Positions 41,945 through 55,619 of a stretch of 64,000 bases of DNA are shown here, one piece after another. Made by a program: the position numbers and the translations under genes. The notes under the pieces were generated by a model, which saw only the letters and a list, made by a program, of their open reading frames with translations, did not search any database and was not told where the DNA came from. The DNA is from Octopus sinensis (lineage: Eukaryota): positions 66,960,001 through 67,024,000 of the forward strand of contig NC_043005.1 in the NCBI RefSeq assembly GCF_006345805.1. Direction: 5' to 3'. The stretch's first letter is position 1. Each line of letters opens with the position of its first letter.

Positions 41945-42516
41945 AGTTTCAATAATACTCCCCATCAAAGTTGACAGTGGGTATATATACGTCATTATAA
42001 GCATTCCAACACGTAACATAAGAAAACATTTATAATCACAAAATAGCGTAATTCCAACACGTAACATATGAAAACATGTATAATCACACAATAGTGTAAT
42101 TCCGTACCCAAATCAAACTCGGATAAATGATATGTGTAAATACATATAGATAAATTATGTAATCCAAGCTGATGATATAACAGTTCACAATAATCTAAAA
42201 AGGGAAGTCCTCAAATGAATCTAATAAACAGAGAAAGACGTAGGCCCGTTTCCAGGAATGTGTGAAGAAGTTTGTAGGTAAGACTTTTGAACTTCTGTTA
42301 TCCACTTTTCATTCATCAGAGAATATGTACAGGCTTTGAGCTTTTAAGCAAAATCGTAAAATTATTCGTGGGATTGTAAACATATGTTTAAGAATACACA
42401 GTAATTATATACAAGTATAAAACATTCATAGATTCCAGGATTTCGTGTCGTTGGGAGAATGTTCATGTTGAAAAACTACTAAGACTTGATTTGGGTACGG
42501 ATTTAAACTATTATAT

Positions 42517-42563
<47 letters not shown>

Positions 42564-42660
42564 TTTGCATGTTATGTCTTCGCATGCTTATAATGACTTA
42601 TATATGCCCTCTATGTTTAGACATGCGTCGGCTTTGATGAGGAGTATTACTGAACCGTGG
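41945..42660. mobile_element. Element with long imperfect inverted arms (MITE/fold-back-like)
   Basis: Inverted blocks 41953-41970/42632-42649 (17/18), 41979-42004/42584-42609 (24/26) and 42101-42116/42486-42501 (16/16). Confidence 0.7.
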
Positions 42661-43424
42661 ATCTTGTCTCTTACAAATTAATACTTTGATCTAATCGCTC
42701 AATAAATTGATCTCTACGCTGTTGTTTCCTGAAAAGAATTCCCCTCTATAAATTTTCATTACTCACATGCACACATATATATATTAAGATGCATTAAGAC
42801 AGTAATCAGAACCTAATTAAATGCTTCTTTTATTTCGATATAGCATTTTAAAACCAAGAGGTAATGTCCATCGTCATACCATGATAAGTTTTAAAAGTAA
42901 CGTGCTAGAAAGGACCGGATGTTTGGTAGAAGGAAACAATTATGGATAAATCTGTTGAACTCTATTGATAATTTGATAGATTTGATAAACGGAAACATAG
43001 ACACCAAAAGATTTCTACGAATAATTAGCACAATTAAAACTTCATTGCACATAGTGAAATTAACTCGACTCAACCAAAGGCACGAATTTCGATTATTATG
43101 TTACAGTGCGATGTAATGAAAGCTGTCACCAAGGGATTATTATTTAATTAAAATGTTCCTCTGATTTCGGAATTATTTCTTAATCTTACGTAAAAGAAAT
43201 CGGGAATGATTTCAAGCAATTCAGAAATTCTCAACCTAACTTCATTGATTTAAAAGAACGTGTCTCTACGTGGGAGCTGCCTTTGCAACCATACTTACAC
43301 ACGCACACACATACATTTACATATGTCGATATTCGTATTCATATATACGTACATATATATAATATATATATATATATATAATATATATATGACAGATATG
43401 TATATTATATATATATATACGTAT

Positions 43425-43935
43425 TTTTTTTACGAGCTGTGGCCATGCTGGGGCACCGCCATTCGGTGTTGCTACATGATTTTACTTCACGAATGTTTTT
43501 TAGCAATTGCCATTTGGTGCATGAGAGAGTTCGATGCAGCTGCCCTCATCTGCACCTCCTGTCGTGAAGTTGGTTCATCTGGGACACCTGACAGGAAGAG
43601 GTCCAGTTTTATTTTAAAGACATCTGCATCCACCCCATGCAGGTCTCTCAGGTCCTTCGGGAGGATATTGAAGAGCTGTGGACCTCTGAAGCCCAAGCTA
43701 TCACAGTATCAAATTTGCAGTCCTTGGCACTATGCAGTGACGCTCAGTTCTAGTATTTGTGGAAACTCTCGATGCCTAAGGTTGGGACAAGTCCTTCCAG
43801 GATCTTCCAGATGTATATTATGGCATATCTGTCATATAAGGAATAGAGTCTTAATCTCTTGAGTCTTTCCCAATAGCTTATATGCTGCACATAGGCTATC
43901 TTCTTCGTCTAGCTTCGTTGGATCGCCTCAGGTTC
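43425..43935 (-). mobile_element. CR1-like LINE 3' end (second lineage), degraded
   Basis: ISYWERLKRLRLYSL..YAIIYIWKILEGLVP...LGFRGPQLFNILPKDLRDLHGVDADVFKIKLDLFLSGVPDEP...SNSL; UTR ends ggcggtgccccagcatggccacagctc. Confidence 0.85.
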
Positions 43936-43956
43936 TGTGAATAATTTGACACTGGA

Positions 43957-44020
<64 letters not shown>

Positions 44021-44944
44021 CTTATACATATATATCTGTGTTTTTGTGTGTTTCTGAGACCTATTATCAACTTTGCTCTATACATACTCTCTTGAGTTTT
44101 ATATAGTTCTGTTCTTTTGCCTGATTACAAAACTTTTGTATTCAGCATGAATTTGTCTTCATTAAAAATATAAGAGGCCCTGTTTTTCTGACAAGAGGAG
44201 GCATATATCGAAACATTCAAACGCATTTAATGCATAATTTATGTTATAGGCCATAGATTCATTCTTTGCTAACATATTCTGTTATAAAGGACCTTTATAT
44301 GTGTTTACATATATAGGTATTCAAACAACAATTCGATATACTCATGCATTTAGCATGTCATTAACTTAAAACGTATGGCATATATATTTCCTCATCGTTT
44401 GTATAAATCTATCAAACTAATATATAATTATATATCTCTCAGCTGAACATAACGCCTGTTATTCTCTGTCCAGAAAAAAATTCTCCTTTATCAAATTCAT
44501 CCGCTCCAGCTAAAAGCTTCACGTGAACACTATACAGATATGAATGAATATATACATGTGGTGTGTGTGTGTGTGTGTATGAAATGAAATATACGTACAG
44601 AGATGCAGAGTTGATGGATAGTTCCGTTGAATATCTATATTGGTAAAACTGTTGTAATCGACCATATTGAAGTAAACAGACATAACGCAAGAATGATTCT
44701 CAGCCACTTTAGATATTCGATCATATGTGTAGGAAAGCACAAATAAAATGATAAAATATAACACTTTAAAATGTGTTTCAGTATGTATTTCTACTGTTAT
44801 GAAGAACATACATAAATATACACGTATTTGCGTCAGTAAAAATATGATGCACTTTCTATAAAGAGTTCGCCAAATGTGAGTCTCTGTTTCGAAAATACTT
44901 CCAACTAAATTACATATCTATGTATCTATATCTCACTAACGATC

Positions 44945-44949
44945 TGCCA

Positions 44950-45031
<82 letters not shown>

Positions 45032-45130
45032 TTACCTATTTATCTACATAACTAGCTAGCCAGCTATCTACCTATCAATCATTCAGTCAATACATCTATC
45101 TGTTTATCTATCTATCTTTTTATCGATCTG

Positions 45131-45205
<75 letters not shown>

Positions 45206-45218
45206 GTATGTCTGTCCG

Positions 45219-45263
<45 letters not shown>

Positions 45264-45455
45264 TTATCTATTTATCTACATAACTAGCTAGCCAGCTATC
45301 TACCTATCAATCATTCAGTCAATACATCTATCTGTTTATCTATCTATCTATCTATCTTATCTATTTATCTACATAACTAGCTAGCCAGCTATCTACCTAT
45401 CAATCATTCAGTCAATACATCTATCTGTTTATCTATCTATCTTTTTATCGATCTG

Positions 45456-45528
<73 letters not shown>

Positions 45529-45529
45529 G

Positions 45530-45582
<53 letters not shown>

Positions 45583-45597
45583 ATCTATATATCTATC
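44945..45597. repeat. (CTAT)n tract with three embedded copies of a ~75-bp degenerate unit
   Basis: tatctacataactagctagccagctatctacctatcaatcattcagtcaatacatctatctgtttatc starts at 45041, 45273 and 45366. Confidence 0.95.
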
Positions 45598-46222
45598 TGC
45601 CCGAGATGCGGTCAGAGCGACGAAACCGTTCTGCACGCACTCGTTCAGTGTCCAACAATTTCCGACCTGTGGGCTTATGTCGAACAACTGCTGTCACGTG
45701 TGGGACGAGTCGGTTTATCAGCTGAGTCTATCGTCAATATTGTCACGCCTCCTTCCTTCAAACGGGAAGGAAGAGCTATTTTCATCATCCTTGTGGCTAT
45801 GGCGAAAGAATGTATCTGGTGGACGCGTCTGAAAGGATTGGAGACAAACACTTTCCTCTCTGGTCAATCTCTCATCAACTTCTTCAAGTACCACTTGAAA
45901 AGGAAAGTGAGAGTAGAGAGGCAAGTTTTGGCTAGCGAATGTTTTAAAAAAAGATGGGTGAATGTAGCAAGAATGGCACGTATGAATGACGAAGCCACCT
46001 TGAGCATAGTCCTATGAACCCAGAAATCGAAAACAGAGAGTTGCTTATTTGCAAAAAAAAAAAAAAAAAAAGAAATATAAAATGTGACTTCATTGACCGA
46101 GGTTACCGTGGTCTTTTCCGCAGGCTTTTCTTTCCACGGGTAAACCTCACCTGTCCTCCCCTTTACACTTCATATTGACATTTCTGTGATAACGATCCCT
46201 ATTGATCATTTTTTTTTCCTCT

Positions 46223-46253
<31 letters not shown>

Positions 46254-46407
46254 TAACCCCCCTTATTTTTGTCCTCTTTCTCTCCTTTTACGATCCCTTT
46301 TGATCGAACCTCCCCCTTCCTTTTTTTTTTTAATACCTTCAAAAGAAAAGCTCTACCTTGTAATTTGTTCTATCTGTGTGCAGCCCTGTGTGGCTAATAA
46401 AGAAACA
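45598..46407 (+). mobile_element. Tx1/L1-clade LINE, 5'-truncated, with open ORF2 C-terminus (45598-46017), pyrimidine-rich 3' UTR and 17-bp TSD
   Basis: Stop-free CPRCGQSDETVLHALVQCPTISDLWAYV...AKECIWWTR...KKRW (zf-RVT CCHC). AATAAA near 46396. TATCTATATATCTATCT at 45582-45598 and 46408-46424. Confidence 0.88.
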
Positions 46408-49400
46408 TATCTATATATCTATCTATCTATATATATATATATATATATATGATGTTTTATAGTAATGAAATAAGCATAAATCATAGCTTCTGAATTTCCT
46501 TTGTTGTCCTACCTCGAAATGAATACAATCGTGACGTTTTATATTCAACGTGACACTTTCATTTTTTGTTTGAAGTCGTAAATAGCCAAAAAAATAACAC
46601 AAAAACAAAATATGCATCATCAAAATGCACAATTCGTAATTAGAACTACTTTGGCACAACTTTTGTTTTTAACATTAAAACAAGTTACTTTCAAGCTTCG
46701 ACGTCAAAGAAATCTATAAGTACACTTCTTGACATTTTAAGTAATTTTTCAAACATTTCCTTATGGCAAACAATTCAGACATTTTCCCCTGGCAAACTTA
46801 TAATAAGCACATGTAAAATCTTTGTGTATTAACAAGATGGAGGCAAAATTTCAGGAAATGTGCAAGTTTCACTTGTTTTGAATTAAAATTGTATATACTA
46901 AGTTATAAAACTCAGTTTTTCACCCAATAATATTTTTCCTAACGTGACAACACTATTTTCATATTCGGGACAAACGGCTTATCTAAAATTTAATATATCG
47001 TACTGTCAAAAATAGTTTGTCGCATTTTCTTAACCAGTGCTGGTTGATTATGCGTACTATTTCAGCGTTCTGGTGTTTTCTTCTATATATTATTTTTAAT
47101 CTTCTACTTTTTTCTATGGAAAACAGTACATTTACCACATTTTGTTTTCTAACATTTCCAGTGAAGCTTAGTGTTTTGTTGCATAATGTATTGCAATTGT
47201 TTCTTGTTAAAATGACATGTTGAGGTGGTGGAATACTTCGTCTTAATTTAATTTCCCCGTTTGTAAAGAATTTTATATAATAGCATTGGTTAGTACTTTA
47301 TATCAAGAATTATAGAGTATAATATTATATAGTCATACAATATTCACCAGCTATTTTTTGCTAGTCTTTTTTTAGATTTTGTTTCTCTCACTCAATATAT
47401 CTCAGCCATGTGTGTATGTATTTGCATATCAAATGTAAATGTGTGACCAGTTTACTGTAATCCCATAACATATATATACTACAAACTTAAATGGACACTG
47501 CTACAAGGATCGCCTGCATACAACAGGAATGTGATATTAATCTCTCCACAGTAAAATTTCCAAATCTATAATATAAACGACCATAGAATTTTATTATAAA
47601 CTTTGACTCTGATGCAAAGTTCCTGCAATGCAGAAAGTAAAATGATGGTGATGAGGAAGTAAAGACGACACATTTAATACTGTACCTTTAAAATTTGTAT
47701 GCACAATACAATTCATGAAGTGCAATAAATACAACTGAAATATTCCCTCTCTATAAATAGTGTTATAAATGCATTAATGTTTTATTACTCCATTTCAATT
47801 CGAGTCTCAGGAATCCGGTTATTAAACTCAAAGAAATAATAATACAGTCATATCAAGAGAGAGTAGTACAAAGTATCTATACATACGTATGTATGTCTGA
47901 ACATAACCTAGTGTAGTCCCATTTCTATGAATACTGTAATTTTAGCATTTACTTATCAAATTTCAAAGTCATTGTGAAATTACACAAATTTCAAAGTCAT
48001 TATCTGTGATATTTCTTATAATTCATGATGACATTATAGTATATATCTGACTTCCTACATCTCAATATCTTCCAACTAATAGGGCGGTATGATACGATGT
48101 GCATCATTTCTTAAGCTGCACAAATCACGCGTATCTGGCTAACCTGTGATGTCCTTTTATCGAGGCAGTATGCAACAGACGTTTTGTGAATGTATGTTTT
48201 AACAAATGGGGTAACGTACAAGAATAATATCTATTTCATAATGGACATTTTGGCAAATTGATATAATTATTTTGTACAATGTAAATCAATTAAAAACAGA
48301 AATCGGTAAAAGCAACATGGAATCATAGGAGAGCCATTTGACACTCGTAAGGTATTTTAGTTCGTGCTCTTCCTATAGGCTTCAGTTTCAAATGAATTGA
48401 ATATAGAATATTTTATAAATAAACAATTAACCGAGAGATGAAAAGGGGAAATTCTTTACTTAAAATCGAATATTTCTTATATAACGGATTTCTGTTGAAA
48501 GTAATAAAACATAAATTGTGTATAATATACATTTACGCGCTCACATAGACACAAACATAAAAAAGATGCACAATGAAACACACACACACACGTATACACT
48601 GACATATACATTTAGAAATGTGTTGCTATTTTATGCTTATATGTTCATTATATAATTCTCTACTATGCCATTAATTGTTTGCTCCGTATTTAATGTAAAG
48701 CATTAATCGTTTGCATCGTATTTAAAGTGTCTTTCAATTTTCTTGTATTGATTTGCAATAATTGTAAGATGTGACCACAAAAGGCAACGTTAAAAGTTGT
48801 TTTAAAGATTTGCATTTCGGCTATTATGAGTTTCCTTTTCATGAGACATATCGTTAAATATCCCCTAAAAACTTCTGTAACAAACCTTTGTATATTCACC
48901 TATAAAATTGCTTCTGTAGCATACTCTTATGGAAGCAGTTCTGATTTATTGTTTATTTCCTCCTCGAATAACCTTTATGCAGTTTGGAAAATCATGAATA
49001 ACAAATGCACTCTTCTGTGGAACTGTCAGAAAAAAAACAGGAATTACACGTTGATACAGCCTTTTAATCTAAATTTACTGATCGCAGAAATTACTACCGA
49101 CAGGAGAAATAAAACAGTCGAAATATTACCATTCATCACCATTCAATAAACACATGTAAATTATTGAGAACGTAAAACGAACTGTAGAAACGACGTCTAA
49201 CCATCTAATTTTATATACAACCATAGCTTTTTATTAGAGTTTAGATTTTATAGATCATACACGAACTTTAAAACATACACAATTTTTTATGCAATAAATA
49301 TATTTTAGTGCTTCATTTTAAGCTTACTTCGTTATACACTGGTTGACAAAATTCCGAATTGCAAAACAAAAACAAACAATCTGGACTGAGATGCTTTTGA

Positions 49401-50984
49401 TATGTAGGTGTGCATTCTTAGCGATATGTTAAGTTTTTATTTCCAATTCCAACTTACGTATGTATTTGGTAATTAATAAAATCCTTGTTTCCTAAAGAAA
49501 GTTTTTCATAGTATCGATTTTCAAGACCTGATGTTTTTCCTTATTTAAGAAAAAATAACCCAGAAAGATCCATTAGTGAAATTATATGTATGTGTATTTA
49601 CCGGTTAAAAAATGAACAAACTATTCGAATTCCTGAATAATGTGATTAAATTAAAACTAAGAGAAGAAAGCATGTAATCAATTATCCAAGATAATCGATA
49701 TACCGATATTTGCACAGAGAAACTTTCTAAATAATCCATAAACTGATTATACACGCTGTGTAGTACAATCATTCACCCGATCAAATGCTTTCTTTATTAT
49801 TTGCTAATGTTTGAGCTTTTTGTCTCCTGGGACGAATTTGATGTGTTGAAATATATGCAGAGGTTTATTTTAGAAATAAGCTAACTGTTTTGAAGTATAA
49901 ATCTTAATATGTAAATATCATTTTCATTGGCAATTGTAAGAATACCCAAAATATTACAAGAATTTCATTGACATAAAATAAATGCGTTTGTGATTTGTTG
50001 TAATTTTAGTTTACAATCTCTTAAAAATATTGTAATATCAAAAACCTTAGAAAAGAATGTTTCTTTCACAACGTATACTAAATAGTCGGATTTTAATAAA
50101 TCTTTCATAATAAACCCACAAAACCGTGAAATTTCAACTGTTTTTTTTTTACATAAAATACTTATTCTCCTATAGTATTCTCACATAAAACACTTCCTCC
50201 AACATATGTAGACTTACTTTACATCTTTTCATAGACACATAGAGAGCAATACGTTTAAGTGAGTGGCACATTTAGGAGATACAAAATAATGTATGGTGAG
50301 TATTATTCTTCAAACAATACAGAAATATCTATTTTATATAGTAGTTTACTAATCTCATAGAAATTACCCCAATCACCTGCAAATGATGATCTACCAAATA
50401 CCGTTAAAATTATTTTATATCTCACTATTGAGTTTATATAAAGATTCATATCGTCCGGTTATTTCGTAACATGATCTAACGTGTAATATGATTCGGATAC
50501 TTAGACTTGAAAAAAAACTTCACCGTGTCATAATTCCATGTATACATACATACATGTATGTGTGTATCTGTGTGTGCGCGCATGTGGGCGTGCGTGTGTG
50601 TGTGTGCGTGCATGTGTGGGCGTGTATGTGCGTGTATGTGTGTGTGTATGTGTGTGTGGATGTATATATAATACAATATGCTGAATTTTGAGAAAGGAGT
50701 ATTGCCAATATCAATTGCAAAGCTCCCAATTTATTTTCATTTGTTCTCTTTAAGAGATACCTACATTCAGCTATTTGCGAATCGCCTCGTTCTGTGGTGT
50801 TGGTGAGAAGTTAAACACTTCGAAATGAATTCAGGCACGATCCCACTATAGGGCCATCTGAAATGACCATGGTGATTTTATACTCATTTGTTAATAGCGA
50901 GAAAGCCTATCTATAGCATACAGCATCGAATAGACTTTTGACAGGCTGAAAATATGTCTAAAGTATATTTCAACTGTTACCATG

Positions 50985-51012
50985 TTTATACACACACAGT
51001 CACACACACACA

Positions 51013-51051
<39 letters not shown>

Positions 51052-51155
51052 ACACACACACACACACACAAACACACCCCTCACGCACACACACACGCAC
51101 ACACACACACACACACCACGCACACATCACACACATGTGTATGTATGTGTGTGTA
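50985..51155. repeat. (CA)n-rich microsatellite
   Basis: Direct reading. Confidence 0.95.
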
Positions 51156-51314
51156 AATATATGGACAAAATAATGGCAACACCTAGCATCATATTATCAT
51201 AGTTTTGAAATATCTATAAAACCGTCAAAATCTTGTTTATTTTTGTTTTTTGAGTGTTGCTAAATACGTTTTGCTAAAATTAAGATCAAAATCCATGAGA
51301 GACACTGCCTTGGT

Positions 51315-51322
51315 ATTTATTA

Positions 51323-51376
<54 letters not shown>

Positions 51377-51466
51377 TATTATTATTGTTGTTGTTGTTGT
51401 TGTTCTTTTTCTTGTTGTTCTTGTTGTTCTTATTATTACTACTACTACTACAATTACTACTACTCT

Positions 51467-51555
<89 letters not shown>
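51315..51555. repeat. Compound trinucleotide microsatellite (TTA)(TTG)(TTC)(TAC)(TAG)
   Basis: Direct reading. Confidence 0.97.
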
Positions 51556-51759
51556 AAACAACGATAGCGTTTCCAGATTTCCCATGCTGACACCAACCGA
51601 TTACAAAAGTAACCATCATAGAGTAGAACAGTATTTACATTGGAAAATATGTAAAAACTACAAAAAGTGTTCCTGCTGGTAAAATATGTAAAGGAATTTG
51701 ACCAACTCAGAAAGGTGGTGGTCAGTCAATTACATCAACTCCATTGTTGAACTGTTACT

Positions 51760-51895
51760 TATTTTATCGGCTCTAAATCGATGACGGGTTTAGTCGACCT
51801 AGGTGGAATTTAATCTCAGAAAGTAAAAGACGGGTGAAATGCTGCTAAGCATTTTTTCCGGCGTACTACCAATTCTGCCAGCTCGCTGCCTTAGC
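51760..51895 (-). mobile_element. tRNA-derived SINE (second family)
   Basis: gtcgacctaggtggaatttaatctcaga...gctaagcatttt..ccggcgtact...ctgccagctcgctgcctt, homologous to the 16925 copy. Confidence 0.8.
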
Positions 51896-51913
51896 AACAA
51901 CAACAACATCGGC

Positions 51914-51978
<65 letters not shown>

Positions 51979-51979
51979 T

Positions 51980-52507
51980 AATAATAATGTGGTTCTCATG
52001 GCTTCTGATCTTAACTGATTGAAAGTGTTATCATGTACATTGTTTTGTATTGGTATACAAGATGGGCTACAGCAAATATTCTGCCCAATACCACAGATTT
52101 CCTTGTCAGTTGTTAGACCTTAACCAGTTGAGCATGCCCCTTAGTGACTGATGATATGTGCATCTCTGATCATGAGCAGAAGTAGTGGGGGAGTATCATA
52201 GCCATTCTTTGGGGTTTGAATAATTTACCTCTGGAAACATGGGTGTTTTGTTCAACATCCTTAAACAACCCTTACTCAGGGACCTTTTGAGCAGGATGGG
52301 TTACTCGACCAGAAGAAAATTCTAACTGGGCCCCACCTACAAGGTCATGTGTTGTTTATCTTGATATGAGATCATCATGTCACGCACATATGGTTGTGAT
52401 GCATGTGCCTGGTATACCCTTATCAGACGAGTAGTCATGATGGGTATACTGGGCTTCGTATATTTTACTCCAGTGTCACTTTGATGACATGCACTGCTCT
52501 CTCACTC

Positions 52508-52508
<1 letters not shown>
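51980..52508. mobile_element. Non-coding ~560-bp AAT-embedded repeat family, copy 4
   Basis: Homologous to 24665-25222, with a small left truncation and a small internal deletion near 52205; (AAT)n on both sides. Confidence 0.8.
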
Positions 52509-52574
<66 letters not shown>

Positions 52575-52576
<2 letters not shown>

Positions 52577-52860
52577 AAATAATCTAAAAACAGAAACAAT
52601 TCCTATCATCGTGGATGATAAAGAAAAACATTCAGACAAATACAAAACAAAAACACCAAGACTAAGAAAATAACATACAGAAAATAGCACTACCAGGCAC
52701 TACACACGCCCTACTTAAAACGCTTCAATACAGTAACCATAGGAGCATCACAGCAAACCACAGCACATGTCCAAAGCACACAGAGCTGCGCTCGGTAGTG
52801 CAGTGAAAGCTCGTTATACAAATAAGGCTACTGAATAATAATGATAACAACAACAACAAT
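52575..52860 (+). mobile_element. R4/Dong-like 3' end with UTR and (AAT)/(AAC) tail
   Basis: KTETIPIIV...IQKIALPGTTHALLKTL; UTR gcatcacagcaaaccacagcac...ctactgaataataat. Confidence 0.7.
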
Positions 52861-54164
52861 AATAATAGTTATAATAATAATATTTTTGCTTTCTTTAGTT
52901 CTGCTTTTGTCCTTGCTTTTGGAAGATGTATTTTTACTTCTTTCTCAGAGCGTTGAATTCATTCAAGTATCAATACATGGACATTTGTTTAGAATACTTG
53001 CCAAAGAGAATTTTTTGCTTACACAGTTTTACCAAATACGCATAACATTTCAAATGCCAGGAGAAAACTGCTGAAATAAAAACTGAAAGAATTAAACAAT
53101 GACTGTGCTAATCATTCTTTAGTATAAGAAATAGTATCTCGATATTTCTAAGAAGTAATTTCGAACTTGACGCACAGAAACAAACATGAGAAAAGGGGTT
53201 TTATAATACTTTTACTAAATGTAACCTCGACTAAGACAATTTGTAGAATCTACACAATTCTCGGAAAATACTATTTGTATGCACGTGTGAAATTTTAATA
53301 GTGAGCGCCGTTGATGCCGCCGCTGTCATGTGAGGTTGTTTTCATCTTAAGAGGCAGAGAAAAACAGGCTAAGAAATACAAGAAAGGGAGAAATTTCCCT
53401 CAAGGCGAGAGAATCGCTGAGAGAGATTTTATTTATATTTTTTGTATATTTATCTTATTATGCGAGTAGATATTTCTATATAGTTCATTCTTTTTTGTGT
53501 TTTGTATGTCCTAGTAGCTGCAAGCAGATGCAGATAAATTCATTTCACTCTGATTTGGAGCTTGTCAATGCATCCCATCTTGTATGGATTGACTACAACC
53601 AAGCTGTAACACTAATCAAATTCAGAGAAATAAAATAAGATATCTCTCGTTAGAGATGGCGATGTTACAGAACTGTCATGAAATTGATTCCCTCATGGCC
53701 TTACACGGCATTGTGAGAGAAATTCTCTATTACTGAGAAATTATGTTATAATAGTTTCTTTTAAAAATATTTAAGCACTATTTTAATCTTATTTTCATAA
53801 ATGAAAGTGCTAAAGTTATATGAGTGGTCTGTACTTGAGATCAACTTGAAGATTTGTAGCAATACACAACAGTATGGAAAGTGCCTGAGTTTAAGCTTTA
53901 TGTCGTTAGTAAACATCAGTTTTATTGAAACACTCGAAACACAAGTGGACTTGCGATATTTCCTTCACAGAAAACTGCTGGCCTATTTTGTAGTGACACT
54001 GCATCAACTTCATCAATAATACCATTGGTCTCACCGTGAATACATAAAAGAATATATCATAAAAGGTCTTGTTAAAAAGAAAATAGAATTGTTTTGATAA
54101 GTAATAATCGGATGCTAACAGCGACAAATGGTTTAATTATGATTTGCCCTACACTATATATATG

Positions 54165-55404
54165 TAGGGGTTCTAAAACTTAATGGAAACACCAGACATC
54201 ATAGTATCATAATTCTGAAATATCTTTAAAATTCGTCAAAGTTTGTTTATTTTTATGTTTTCTTATTTATTATTAGTGTTGCTTAATATGTTTTGCTAAA
54301 ATTGCTGTTTCTTTTCAGATATTATCAGTAAAAGGTAATTAAAATTCATTAAAATAACGGATCTATCGGAATTCCAAAGAGGGTTAAATTGTTGGTACTC
54401 GTATGGCAGGCGCTAGCGTAACGAAAACAGCCGAATTGTTTGGTGTATCAAGAAGTACTGTCTCGAAAGTAATGACAGCTTTTGAGAAAGAGGGGAAAAC
54501 CTCATCGTCGAAACAAATCTCCGGAAGAAAACCAAAATTTCAGATAGCGACCTTCGGAATCTGACGTGAATTGTTAGAAACCATCACAAAATACAGCTCC
54601 CAAAATTACTATAGAGCTTACTTACCACCTCAAGAACCTGGTCTCCACAGAAACTGATCACTGGGAACGGCACAAAGCCGAATTTCACTGGAGGACTGCA
54701 ACTATAAAATCACTACTTTCGAAAACAAACGTTGCAAAACGTTTAGTGCGGAGAAAAAACCTACAGAACTGGTCCCTAGAGCATTAGAAGAATGTTATTT
54801 TCTCTGACGAGTCATCCTTTACGTTATCTCCAACCACCGGCCGAGTATACGTGTGGAGACTGCCAAAAGAAGCATTTGACCGGGACTGCCTACTTCCAAC
54901 TGTTAAACATGGAGGAGGATCTGTGGAAATCCGGCGGCCCAATGGCTTCCCTTCATGACAGAATTAATAATCAAGACTATTTAAGCATTTTATCTGAGCA
55001 AATTCATCCTATGGTTGCGGAACTGTTTCCGGAGGTAAACGCAATCCTTCGGAATGATAATTCACCAGCTAAGGTGTTACAGAATGGCACAAGGAACATT
55101 CTAGTGAAGTTGAACATATTATCTGACCACGACAGTCACCAGATCTCAATATTATTGAACATCTATAGTGCATTTTATAAAAACACATAAGGAGTCGATA
55201 TCCTCCACCATCATGACTACAAGAACTGGAGACCGTTTTAACTGAAGAATTGACAAAAGTTCCTTTGGAAAAAATTCAAACTTTGTACGAGTCTATACCT
55301 CGTAGAATTCAAGCTTTAATTACTGCTAAAGGCGGGCCTACCCTATATCAAAATAAATTTGTTTTAAATTTTAAGGTGTTTCCATTATTGTCTCCAAACT
55401 GCTA
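54165..55404 (+). mobile_element. Tc1-family DNA transposon, near full length, transposase pseudogene at about 54355-55350
   Basis: Imperfect TIRs (ta)ggggttctaaaacttaatggaaacacc and ggtgtttccattattgtctccaaactgc(ta). Motifs DLSEFQRG..GASVTKTAELFGVSRSTVSK, VIFSDESSF, TVKHGGGS, *PRQSPDLNIIEHL and AKGGPT, with stops and frameshifts. Confidence 0.92.
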
Positions 55405-55619
55405 GTAGTTGAGATACCAACTTTCCACATAACTCTGCAACCCTTGCCAACATAAAACCTAGACGTTAAGTGAAATGTGAAAAGAAAGTTTTGAGCTTAT
55501 ATATGTATATAAAGTTAATACACGTTTGTCTAACTATTTTTCTATACAAAAAAATGGGTACAGGTTATAAGAAGTGAAAGGCCGTGCGTAGAGTACACAC
55601 ACACACACACACACACACA

